From Amoebophrya sp. A120 (lineage: Eukaryota > Protista > Dinoflagellata), in contig CAJINV010000002.1 of assembly GCA_905178155.1 (NCBI GenBank), positions 5,637,709 through 5,701,708 on the forward strand: a DNA stretch of 64,000 nucleotides, read 5' to 3'. The notes below the pieces were generated by a model that was given only the letters and a program-made list of their open reading frames with translations, had not been told where the DNA came from and made no database searches. The position numbers were made by a program, and so were the translations under genes. This document shows positions 50,042-62,100 of this stretch, in pieces; within the stretch, counting starts at the first letter, position 1, and the number at the start of each line of letters is the position of its first letter.

Positions 50042-51887
50042 ATGTACCGCCAGAAGCCGGTCGGGTCTCGCCTGTGCGAGAAACGGAATGAGGAGAGGAG
50101 GCAGTTTCTGCACAAGGAGAAGCTGAGGACAATGCAGCCCCACATCGACACCAGCGAGCCCTTTTGCCTCCGGCTAGACCACATAAGAAACAACCTGAAA
50201 CGGGAGCAGCTGCTGGAGGAGAGATACGGGGAGATCGACCGAGAAAACAGGATACTCCTCCAAAAAATGTCGGACATCATGCGAAACAGCACGTTCGCAG
50301 CGCAGAAGCCCGGGGTGGGGGCGACAAGGCAACACGTCAGCATGAACAGGGTATGACATTTTTTTTTCCTGTCATAAAATTAGCGAGGTCTGAGCAGGAT
50401 GATTGAACTTCGTTGAGGATAGTTTTGTCATGGTTCCGTAACAACAGGAAGCACATCAAAACGTTTCGGAAACATCAACACAGGACGCAAGAAAAAAGGA
50501 GCTGCTAAGAATCACGCAGGAAAATCAGCTCATACTGTTACCAGATTGTAAATCAGTGCAGCTTCCTCGCCGCGCATTGACGGGAATGAAGTAGATTTTG
50601 TGATGCATATTATGTGGTAGAAGATCGTTTTCGTGCACAGTAAAATGTTGCGCCGTGAGGAAGGTTCCTTTTCGAAGTGCATAAGTGAAGAGAATCCAGC
50701 GAGCCCAACCCATGTACAACCACATCAAATGGGAAGAGAGCTACAAGTATTTTTCTGATACTAGCACAGTGCTACTTGATGCAGTTTTTTCATTCAGTTT
50801 TCGCATGGTATTGCTGGTAAAGGTGATTCCTACTGTCTCATCCCGCATGGCAATCATCTTAATCCATAATGGGGGAGAGTGTAGGTGTACCAGTAAAGGA
50901 GCTTTGCAAAACAAAATATTTTTCAGGCAGAACCAGACGTACCTGAGAAATTGCTGCGAATACCCACTAGTCCTGCGGAAATCCATGGGTGGCGTCGGCA
51001 TGGAAACACTACAGCAACCAGCAAGCGTAGGAGAAGGAACGGGCAAACTGGAGAAGTACGGCGAGAAGAGCGCGGATCTGAAGTATGTGCTCAAGGAAGG
51101 TATGTTGAATAACGTAAAGTACTACTAAAGGTGTCGTTTCAACAAGCAGGGCAAAAACAAAATCGTTTTCGGTAGCTTTGTTTGCATGACAAAACTTTGC
51201 GACAAATATCTGCACAGGTAAGAAGATTGGAGAGAGCTATTACCTAGTGGAAATGGCAACCGACGGGCGAACACTTACAATCTCAGCGTACGACGGAGAC
51301 ACGCAGAAAACGCTCGAATTGCTGGTACAACTGCAGCTCTGTAGCCCTTTTCGGATGCGCAGCTCTGCACGAGAAGATGTGATGCACCGATGTAGAATAT
51401 TAGCAATTAACTACTAACCTACCACGCTATTATCCAAATTCTTGCAGGTGAACGAGAAGAACCACCGACGGTTGTACCGCGAGTGCAATGGGGATTACAG
51501 CCTGCTCGCAAACCGCTTGCACGTGGAACGCGACCGACTCATCCTGGTCGACAACATGGCCACCAAGGGCATGGGAGGCGGGGCGGTATACAATTCTCCT
51601 TTTGGTTTTTGCATAAGCAGGGCAGATGTAGAGCAAGATGCCAGTGTGGTCTTACTTCAAACGAGCAATGCATGGTGACAGATGTGCATTTTTTGGAGTA
51701 ATTGTTATCCGTGACAGTGAGTATCTGACGAGCAATGCACGGGACTACATAAGCTATGAATTCCGTATTAAAACTCCAGGGAAAGCAGCTGAATGCGGAT
51801 GAGATGGTGACCAAGACCGGTAAGCACGTGGACATCACGGTGGGCAAGGATGGCGCTCCGGGGGTCAATGTGAAAGGGTTGGCGTAG
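50042..51887 (+). CDS. CFAP97/KIAA1430-domain (Hemingway-like) flagellar protein, spliced
   Basis: Motifs HKEKLRTMQPHIDTSEP, EERYGEIDRENRILLQKM, RKKELLRITQEN and KRIQRAQPMY. Confidence 0.8.
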
Positions 51888-51907
51888 AAGAACTGCCGCG
51901 GCGGGGA

Positions 51908-52710
51908 TATCAAAGGGAAAAATCCCCCCTCCGCATATCGAAACGAAGTTTCTGATGCTGGATTTGCGTACACAAATCAGGTCTGTCTTGCTGGAGAGAA
52001 CTGCAGGCATATGCCAACCCTGGGCCGAGAGGTTTTGACGTAGGGGACTAGCGTGACAGATGCCGGCTCTGTAAGCCCAACAGCATCACAAACCGCCGGC
52101 ATAATGCGGCGGACTCTCTGGCTTTGCCTTCTTGCAAGACAGCCAGGATTTGTGACCTCCAATCTGAAACCAAGGAGGATGACAAAAGACGGAAAGAGAC
52201 ACCCGGATCCGCAAAAGCACACCCGGAATATCTATGGGAAAAAACAAAACATGACAGGTGCAGCAAGACAAGGAGGGGCTGCGGAACATTGAAAATTCAT
52301 AATACAACAGGTCCGTCCCCGAAAAAGTGACTACGACACTGCTTCGATGTTGTTCTTAAACAATGAAATGATGCGAACAAGTAGCTTCTTCTAGAAATTT
52401 GTATGCCGGATGAGTAAGAAAATTATCGGTCGCGACCCAAGCCTTGGAGAAAATCGCGTAAGTACCCCTATAGTGAAGACGTTGGGCAAAAGCTTCGCTG
52501 TCAGGGGAGTGGTGTGGCACGTACAAGCTCAACCCAGAAGCAGATCAGCGGAACTGTGGAGGGGTACAAAGCGGCACACTGAGTAGCGGGGTTAAACAGG
52601 ACTAGAATCCCAAAACTCTCATTCATCATCATCATCATCATCCAATCTGCATCACAAATTTTCAGACGAATGCGTTTTCAATATGGGGAGGGGGGATTTT
52701 TCCTCACAAT
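51908..52710. mobile_element. Family B element in the 3' UTR region carrying a nested insertion
   Basis: Aligns with 12889-13209 except for an insert at 52167-52640. Confidence 0.85.
52167..52640 (+). mobile_element. Probable 5'-truncated non-LTR retroposon or SINE
   Basis: Flanked by the 9-bp duplication TCCAATCTG (52158-52166 and 52641-52649) and ends in a (CAT)n tail. Confidence 0.7.
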
Positions 52711-53822
52711 AAGGGAGTGGGTGAGCTTTGTGGAGGGGAACAGCTCACGATCAGAGATCCTTATGGATAAATCCAAAGAACGAACAAATTAGAACGCGAG
52801 ACCAAGAAATCCAATCTTCGCTCAAAAGTTGCTCTCTTAGACCTTATCAATATTATGCTCAATAGACAAGATGCTTAACGTTGACATTATTATACTCAAA
52901 TTAGAACTTTGCTGGAAGAATCTTTACGCGACGCATAAAAAGAGGCTGTGTGGCTGCTCCTTTTCCACCGAAAAACCTCTGCGAAGCGCTGAATTTTACG
53001 CTTGAATGCAGGCCGCTGGTACTGCACTCGTCATCGTGGCGGTTCGTAATTTAACTTGCCTATCAGTTGAACTTGTCACGTGAGGTGACGTAGTTGCCGC
53101 TTTATGTGTCAACAACTTTGCGGAGGATGAAATTAGACACGACGTGTTGGATCATTGCTATAATTACACCTCCTTTCGAGCTTGAAATACTTGACACAAC
53201 TGTTGCGTGAAATAGACAAATTTCACGCTGGCTGTCCTCACGCCGCACGTTGGTACAGAAAATTGCTTTGTACAGAATTGAAATTGACAAAAATAACGAT
53301 AAGGTGCAAGCTGAAGAAGTTGCTTGCAACTGCGAGAAGGACAGCCTTGACGCCTGGTGAATTTTGTTCGTGTTGTGTCTGTGTCGTTCTGGTCGTGTTT
53401 GCTTTCCCGAGAATCTTTTTGAAGGGGGTGCGGATCGGCGGGCTTGAGGGAGGCCAGTTCCATGGCGCCAGCACGTGGGCTCTTTTGCCAGCACGCCGGT
53501 TGGGAGCGGCCCTCCCCTTTCTCACACAACTCTAGCTGTGTTTAGTTTTGTTCCGCGCCTTTCGTCGATGAAAAAAAAATGGTTCCGAGCGCGCACGAGA
53601 GGAGAAGCGAGCGACTGCAAATATGCCACAGGATCTTTACTCGATAAAATTAAGTAGCTCCTGCGATATTTCATCACGACCTCGACCTGAGCCTCGCGAT
53701 ATCTTTGTCTACGTGCCACGACAGACGGCGCGGTTATTTTCATGGTAATATTCCTAAAGAACAAGTACATTACGGGTTAACAGTTTCTCAGCTGCTCCTT
53801 CTACTCACCTGGTCAAACTGAA

Positions 53823-55097
53823 ATGAAAATTACGGAGGCAGTAGGTGAATCGCGGCCCGCAGCATTTTTCCATGCTGCCGAAGACCAAAGCAGTCTGTCC
53901 CCCATGGAGGCTTTCCGTCGGAAAATCGCCGCGATCGCGTCTGAGCTGGAGGCTTTGCAAGCGGAAGTGGCGGAAGTGGAAGTGGGAAGCGAACACGAGA
54001 GCTTCGCGTCGCTGGACGAAAACAAAGCGCACCCAGGTGATTCTAAAACTGCTCCGTCGTTGTACCTGGCGACTACCAGCAAAAAATCCAGTGACGCAGC
54101 TGAAAGAAGACGCGCAGCGGTCCGTGGAGATAAGAATAATAGGGATGCGCCTCGAGGAAGATGCACATCTGCACGAGGACGACTGGCCGTATTAACCACG
54201 AAGCCCCCAGACGCTTGGCCGGAGCAAGAAGATCAACACGATGTGGACATGGAACCGCCGGTGGCACAAGACGACTTTTTGGAACTACCTTCAGCTCGTG
54301 GCCTAGCTCTATCGCTACAAGAACCTACTAGCTGCGAAAGAACATCTACCAGGGACGTGGACGTCGTGCCTGAGCTAGGGGCAACTAATTCATCGACTTC
54401 GAGTTGTACAAGAGTACCACTTCACGACTGTCCCTTACAACAAGAATCTCCTGCAGCGTCGTGGTGCAGTCACCTAAACGAGAAAACCTGGTTCACAGCC
54501 TCTGCAATTGGATTTTTGTCCTACAACCCCGCTGCCGAGAGTTGTGAATTTTTCCCGGGCGCGAAGCAGCAGCTCAATTGTTTCGCTTTGAGAATTCAAG
54601 ACCAGTGGAAAATCCACAAAGAATGGAAGCGGAAAAAACGGAGATTGGCGCGGAGCGACGGGTTTGCCGTCGTCGAGAAGATTTTCCGGCACTGTTTCTT
54701 CACGTTTTCGTTCCGGAAAAAATTGTGGACAGACGACTTTTTGAAACACAAGGTGTTTGCGAGGTACTTCATTTTGTCGCGAAAGTTGCGGAGGAAAAGT
54801 CTGGATCAGCTGCTGCGAAACTGTTTGCAGGTCTGGCGGCACTGGAAGCGGGTCAGGAGGTGCATTTACTTGCACCGGGAGAACAGTTGTAGCAGTTGTA
54901 CAACTTCTGAGAAAAATAGAAATAAAAAACCGTATAATTCTGTTTTCCATCTGAGCCGCGACTTTTGCTGGGGGCTTGTCAAGCAAGAGGGGAAGCACTC
55001 GGTGGCGAATCGAGGACGCCTGGAGCTCTTGCGGCAGAAAACCTGGCTGGCCTGGGTCGAGGGTGTCAGGCTGAAAGATGGCTGTGATTTATTTTGA
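53823..55097 (+). CDS. Hypothetical protein, 424 aa, single ORF
   Basis: Long uninterrupted ATG ORF with an N-terminal coiled coil; no recognisable motif. Confidence 0.6.
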   Translation: MKITEAVGESRPAAFFHAAEDQSSLSPMEAFRRKIAAIASELEALQAEVAEVEVGSEHESFASLDENKAHPGDSKTAPSLYLATTSKKSSDAAERRRAAVRGDKNNRDAPRGRCTSARGRLAVLTTKPPDAWPEQEDQHDVDMEPPVAQDDFLELPSARGLALSLQEPTSCERTSTRDVDVVPELGATNSSTSSCTRVPLHDCPLQQESPAASWCSHLNEKTWFTASAIGFLSYNPAAESCEFFPGAKQQLNCFALRIQDQWKIHKEWKRKKRRLARSDGFAVVEKIFRHCFFTFSFRKKLWTDDFLKHKVFARYFILSRKLRRKSLDQLLRNCLQVWRHWKRVRRCIYLHRENSCSSCTTSEKNRNKKPYNSVFHLSRDFCWGLVKQEGKHSVANRGRLELLRQKTWLAWVEGVRLKDGCDLF

Positions 55098-55854
55098 CGT
55101 CTGCTTGTCGAAGCTGAACTGGTGTAGATCAGTGTGAGGCTGAGATAAAAAGCCTAGCGTCCTTCACGAGGATGAACAGAACAGTAGGGACGATACAGCC
55201 GGACAATTGTTGTGCTGCCTACCGTTGAAAAATACTGCTGCATCAAATATTTCAAGGTGACCATCAAAAAATGTGCCGGTCGGGCCTCGGGTTCAACGTC
55301 TGTCCTGTGCACGAAAAACTGACTGACTCGTGTTGTGTCGGTTTGCTTTTTGAATGTACCGGTATCATTCGTCGAGTTGTGATCCGCAGCGCAAGTAGGG
55401 CTTTAGGCTGTCATTGAAAAAGAAGCGACATGTTAATTGCGCCAGTACATAAACATGAAAGCTCCGTCTTTTCGGTCGGTCACTGCAGTTTTCTGCTACG
55501 TTTTAGTTTAAAACTATGCCTCGGTGAGAAAGATCTTGTGGCTGTAAGTAGGTACATTAGTGCGGACGCAGGAAATTTTCTGTTGGCGCTGTTGGATCCA
55601 TCTGATGTAAAAATATTCGGTTTGGTAGTAGAAGTTCGCCACAAGAACATATTTCTGTTTCTTTGCCCCCGCTGGGTCGGTATGATTTATGATTTGCGGA
55701 TTTGCAATTGCAGCAGCCTCGTGTGACTTAGTTTTAGCGCGGAGGTCGGTACAGCAGTTGATCACAGAAACTCACCTCGGTGGATGAACATAAAGAAAAA
55801 CCATGAGCAAAAAAACCTAATAGGTTTTTTTGGTCATGGTGTTTCATTTTTCAT

Positions 55855-55907
55855 GGTCCGACCGAGCGTATCAAAGGTTTAAAACCTTTGATACGCTCGG
55901 TCGGACC
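55855..55907. repeat. Perfect 53-bp palindrome (26-bp arms, 1-nt loop)
   Basis: GGTCCGACCGAGCGTATCAAAGGTTT-A-AAACCTTTGATACGCTCGGTCGGACC. Confidence 0.95.
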
Positions 55908-56135
55908 GGTTGTGAAGGGGAATGAGGTGGTCGCCGCAAAAAACTTTGATTTTTCTCTTTGACAGTACCTACACACAAGTTGCTTTTTGCATGACATACA
56001 TCTTCACCAGGCTCTTCATCTCACTATACCTATTTCTTCGTTTTATTCGTACTACTAAGCTCTTTCACAGATCATATGCCAAAATCCCGAAGTGGTAGGA
56101 CAATTACAATTAGAATTACACAAGACAAATAAACC

Positions 56136-59100
56136 ATGCTGTACGAGCGAGGGTTTCTTTCCGCGAATAAACCGCGGATCGGGTCGTGGAAGCTGTTTCT
56201 GGTGACGACCCGCGGTCAGGTTCTGATATACCTGCTGCTGCCCGTATTTCTACTCGGCGGCTTGTACAACTTTGAGGATTCTTTTTCGGCTGTTTATTCA
56301 GCGGGGGGCATTAGCATTTATGGTGCGGCTGCCTTGTCCTCGTCCGTGCTTAATACAACTGGTGTATTTATTACAACCTCGCACCTGCAGCTCGCAGTTG
56401 CAGTGCAGCAAGGTCGGCGGCTGGAAAATACTCGCACGACTCGGCACGAAGAAAGAGAAAAAGAGCGGCCTGATATTAACCAGAGGAAAAATAAACGTCC
56501 CCATCACGACCCCATAGTCGACGAGATGGGAAATCCGCTAGACAAATCCAGCAGCTCCATCAACTGAACTCCGAATGTAGTGTAGTCGACGTTCGTGGCT
56601 ATAATTATACATGTCGCATGACCACTACAACTAATTCAGCTACCGATTTTTACTCAGAGCATGGCTGATTCATGGTCCAAAAAAACAACGAATCCCTGAT
56701 GTTCTCAAAAATCTCCTTGGAGTACGCATGAGAGGATTTATTGTCTAGGGCCATATAACCCGGGCTAGCGTGACAATAAATACGGGGTGGTGGGGACGTT
56801 GTTGCACAGGTGGATACGTTGTGCGGACGCTAGGGCTAGTCCCCCCCGGCGGAGGAAAAGGGACAGGGTACGGGCGAAGATGAGAAAGTTGACAGGGATC
56901 TCTCTATCCGGCACATTGACCTCCGTCAGCCGCCCCTGGTCGGCCAGCTTGGATGAAAATAAAAGTAGCACGGGTGATATGGATGTGTCAGGATTGAAAT
57001 CGTCAAAGTTTGCTATTGCAGAGGACGAGCGGGAGGCAGATTATAGCCCTGGTAAGGGTCAAAAGTTGGACTGCTGACTAGCATGACAGAAGGCAGCTCT
57101 TTTGCCCTAAACCGCGCGACAGACTCGCTTCCAGGACCGTGAACATTTGTCATGCACCGACTACAGACTGTAGGTCTAACTGGTATCCGTTTTATGCATG
57201 GCAAACTATTTCAACTTTGACGATTTCAAACCTGACACATCCATAGGCGATGAGCATGATTATGCCCAGTCAATTACATCATCCGAAAGCGACGACTCCG
57301 GCCAAAGCACGGGAACTGGGTATGCATTGCAAATGTCGCTGGACGTCTGGAAATTTTCGATGTCGCTGAGGCATGCATTATACCAAAGCAGCCGCTCCTT
57401 TTAATACGGCTGAGTCATGCATACCAATTCAGCCGCTCCTCCTTTAATGAAACTCGCGCCCCCGGTTGGTGGAGCGATCGGCTGACGAGGTACGTCGGGG
57501 GACGTTGCTACATCAATCAATCAATACGGCATACAATTGGAGGCTTATTTTTGCAGATTCATTAGTCTGCCTTACTACAGTCGTGCGAGATCAAGAAAGA
57601 AGCTGGCGACTCGTATTCATGCGTGACAGATGTTGACCTCGTCTAAACCTTGCATCGAAAAGAACCCAGATCCAGACATATTTGCAGTTGATAATGAGTC
57701 GCCGCGCAGAATTTCGTTCGCGGACGGGAAAGAAAGAGTGCCCGGACAGCCCACCAACCGAACGCCACTACCCGCAGCAGGTACTTCGCTAGGTGCCGCG
57801 ATCGCCGGCGCCATCGAGCGTTTTGACAAAGACGTAGCCGTATCGACGTTGCAAAAGGATATCAATGAATCCAAGACCGCTGTTGCGAGTTCTTGTGCAT
57901 CTTCGCATACTTACTTTCATCGTGTTTAAGAAGAAGAAGAAAACGTGCCAAATTCATGTCAGACAAATTTGATTTCACGGACAAAAGCCACGAAAAATCG
58001 GGCATGATAGATGCGATCAAAAATTATGCTGAAATATTATAGCGCCATCAAGCGTAAAATATACGGGTTCACAACTTTTGCAGTGGATACGCCAGTCTGT
58101 CTACAGAGATGCACACCAAGATCAATCAGCACACGGCATGGGCACGAGAAAACAAACTCGAACCGAGCCCCGAATTGCCAGCCGGCCCTAGTCGTCTTCA
58201 GGCACAACAACTTCCTCGGCGAGGTCAGCAGCCGAATGAGATGGCCGCAGAGCCTGTTCTTCCCTACTGTGTCAGACACGACAAGCTGGCAAGGACGTTG
58301 CAGGAAGACGTTATGGATTGTAAAAATGTCTGGGTCTGGAAGGTTGGGACTTGTAATGCTAGCTTTCCATACCTAGAAAATCTGTATTGCATAACCAACA
58401 AAAGTCGCAGCCTCTTTTGTCATGCGAAAACGCAGCTTCTCATGCGGATTGCCTATGAGAGAGCGTTTTGGGAAGTTGTCATGCCGGACTTCATTTGGAA
58501 GTGTTTGCATCGTGCACCTTTATTTTAGCATCACAAGTTTCCAGACCCAGACACTTTTGCATTTGATAGACGTGCAGCGTGCCCTATTCCTCCGGGACGG
58601 AGCGGGTGCTCCGATCCGCGGCCGCGCACCGCTCCCCGAGAAGCTGCGGGGCGAGCTTCAGAGGGCGTACGGCGCTCGGGTATTGTCCGGGCTTCCGGTA
58701 TGGATTGCACAAGTATCGATCTCAGTCTGGAGGAAAATAATTGCATAAACTTGTTAAGGTTGTTGGATGTGAAAGAATCTGAAGAAGATCTTCCCCTTAT
58801 CTGTGATGTAAACAGAACGAAGCTTGCCATGCGGAGTACGCAACTACGCATATTAGCAGCTCAAAAACGTGTCATTCTTGTTGGCCGCGTACTAATATTG
58901 CAGTGTCACTACAACTTATCATTTACAGACCAGCATCACATTCACAGACCGGGGCCAGATCAATGTTTTCGACGTGCATATCCGGAAATTGTCCACAATT
59001 GGAGACAACTGGCGAGGTTTCGCCTGATACACTACCTGCTGCCGCACTACGACGGGAAAATCCACCTCGCCGGCGCAGATACCGTGGCGGGGAACGCGAT

Positions 59101-62100
59101 CTTGGCGGAGCGGGCTATGAACTGCAAAAGTATCGTACTCGTATAAATGCATTACAAATTATTTCCCCAGCAAGAGAAATTTGTCATGCGGATTTACCTC
59201 AAGAAAAAAATTTGTACTGCATGACTGCAATTACTACGAGTACGATACTTTTGCACAGGATACGGGCGAGGGAGATACAAAAGTGGCGGGATGAGCAACT
59301 TGCGTGCCTCGATCTGTTCGAAGGTCTTTTATGCATTGCAAATATGTCTGGGTCTGGAAGGATGCAACTTGTGATGCTATTTTTGGATTCTAAAAAAATA
59401 AATCTGTGTTGCATGACAAGAAATAGGAGTCCAGTTTTTGCCACGTGGAGAGGGCATTTCTCATGCAGGATAGGCGTGAAGAAGTCCTCATGCTAGGGCC
59501 TAGGGCATGCATCACAGACATCATGGCTCATGCTAAACGGCGACAGGCGCTACCTAACCAACCAACCAAGTCTCAGAATCTTCCAGACCCAGACATATTT
59601 GCAATCCATATCTTTTGGCGCGGAACAAAGAACTTTTTCGCCGCGCGCGGGAGACCAACCTACAGAAGAGGGGTATCGAAAGGAAAAATCCCCCCTCCCC
59701 ATATCAAAACGGAATTTCTCCTGCTGGATCTGTGTACACAAATCAATTCTGTAGTGCAGAGAGGCATTGCGGCCAGATCCCCAGGCTAGCTAGGGGCGTA
59801 TAAGTCTAGTTGTTTAGCATGGCAAACGGCCCCCCTTTAGGCCCAACAGCATGACAAATCGCTTCCATAATGGGGCGGAAGGTTCTGCCCTTGTCTTCTT
59901 GCAAGACAAATGTGAAGAAGATTGGCGGCCTCAAATCAGCAGCACGAATCTCCGGAAGCGGACCTTTTCAATATGGGGAGGGGGGACTTTTCATTTTGAT
60001 AAGGAGGGAGCCAGACCCGGACGGCGTCCTCGCTTTCAAAACGAAACCGCAGAAGCGTCTCCTGGGCGACGCGAAGCAGGACATCAGCGAGTGGGCACGG
60101 ATTGCCACCACCGCAAATATTAAACTGCCCGAAGATGATAGCCTCGTTTCATCCTCGGCTCCCGTTATTTCTGTTCCTCGCCCAGGAACGACAGCAGGGG
60201 CCGGTAATACTAGTATTCTCAAGACGTCGTCGTCGCAATCAACAACCGGTACGGAGATCGAGCAGCGACTTATTGGACTGGCAAACTCTCTCTGGCGGGC
60301 CATCGACCGGCTAGAGACGGCCCTTATCGCGACGTTCGCGGTTGAGGAGCAGCGCGAATACGAAATTTTTGTATGAAATGCAAAAATGTCTGGTTCTGGA
60401 AACTTGTGATGCCAAAATGTGCATGATGAAAACACTTCCGAATGCAGTCCGGCATGACAACTTCCCACAATTCTTTCTCGTAGGCAAACCGCATGAGAAA
60501 GTGCGTTTTTGCATGACAAAAGAGGCTGCGACTTTTGTTGGTTATGCAATACAGATTTTCATTTTCTAGGTATGGAAAGCTAGCATTACAAGTTCCAACC
60601 TTCCAGACCCAGACACTTTTACAATCCATATTTTGAGCCTGAATGCGACGAGTTGTGCCAGCTGAACACCCGCCGGCTGCTTGTTTTTATCCCGGAGCTG
60701 TTGGAAGAGCCAACGGAGGAGACTGCTCGGAAGGCGCGGCAGGCGTTCCTAGCTAACTTCGGCATCAGATCCGAAGCCGACGTGCAGGCGTTGGACCTCT
60801 TTGACGTGACCCTGAAGGCCTCCCAAGTTCCTGAAACGGTATCAGAGAGTCCCCCGAACAACGCGGAAAAGAAGCAAGCCCGCGCGCTGCTGCGCACCGA
60901 CGTTTTGAAGATCTTCGTGCGACTGTTGGGCCGGTTTCAAAAACTGTGGATTGAGGACTTCGCCAAGCTCCTGAAGCAGGATGTTGTTGAGCGACCTGGT
61001 GCAGTAGGAGCAACAAGAAGTCCAGGACGATCGTCACCGAACTTCGAAGCAGTTCGCCCCGCGTCCCCCGTTTTATTTATGGACGACCGCGCCAGAGCTA
61101 AGCTTTTCGAGCAGATGCTCACGGAGCAGATAGACGCGACCGAGCACTTTTTCGACCGCTGGCACGACATGCTGAAAGATTCGAAAGAGACGCAAGAGCT
61201 GGCACAGCTGGTGACCGCCCGGCATTACTCTACTTCGGTGGACACGATTCGGGGTCCCGTGGCCCTCGCCGGGGGGGCTGCAAATCCAGGGAACGCAGGC
61301 ATTCTCCTCGCATCGCCGCTGGAGCGGGAAATGAGTGTTGTGACCGACTTGATTTTATGCATTGCAACTACTGCTTCTATGTGTGGGTCTGGAAATAAGT
61401 GATACGGAATTGTGGATCATGATTGACCGCATGACAAGACAAACTGAGCTTTTGTAGGAAAAAAGAAGCTGCGACCTTTGTAGTTGGTCACGCAATTATA
61501 CAAGTTCCACGAGCAGCATAATTAGAACAAGTATCCAGACCCAGACAGATTTGCAGTTGACAGAGTTCGAGCCGAATTTTCGTGGACCAGTTGGCCACGC
61601 CCTTCTTCCAGAACGTGTTTCTCTTCTACGTTCCCAAGAACGAACAGCCTAATCAAGAAAATGCAGCGAATTTATTTGCGCCGAATGCGGAAAGCCTGCG
61701 TCTGGTGAAGCAGTACGTGAAACGCGACGGCCGTGTGAAGCGCTGGCTGCAAGGACGCAATGGGGTTTTTGCCCTTCCGCAGCACCGAAGCGAGCCCTTC
61801 GGAAAAGACTGGGCCGACGGGCTGCCGGACAACCGGCTGAGTCAGCTTCCGAGATCCACTTCGCAGTCGGGGCGCGTCAAAAAAACGCTTCACGGCCGCG
61901 TGGAAACCCAACTGGCGGACATGTCCAGGAAATACCAGGACATGGCGACTCGAGGTCGGCACGAAGCGATGACCAGCGTCCCGACGAAACCGAAAGCCAA
62001 ACCGACATCCATGCCTTTGCAGCCTGTGGGTAAGGTGCCGCCCCCCGGAGGTGCAGTCCTACCCAGTCCGCTCCCGCACGAGAAAGTATCAAAATACAGA

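Noticed and set aside
58422-60629. Recurrent short ORFs with CKNVWVW, PDPDIFA, KIPPPHI or KNVPTP motifs as a protein family
   Set aside because: They are translations of introner TIRs, not genes.
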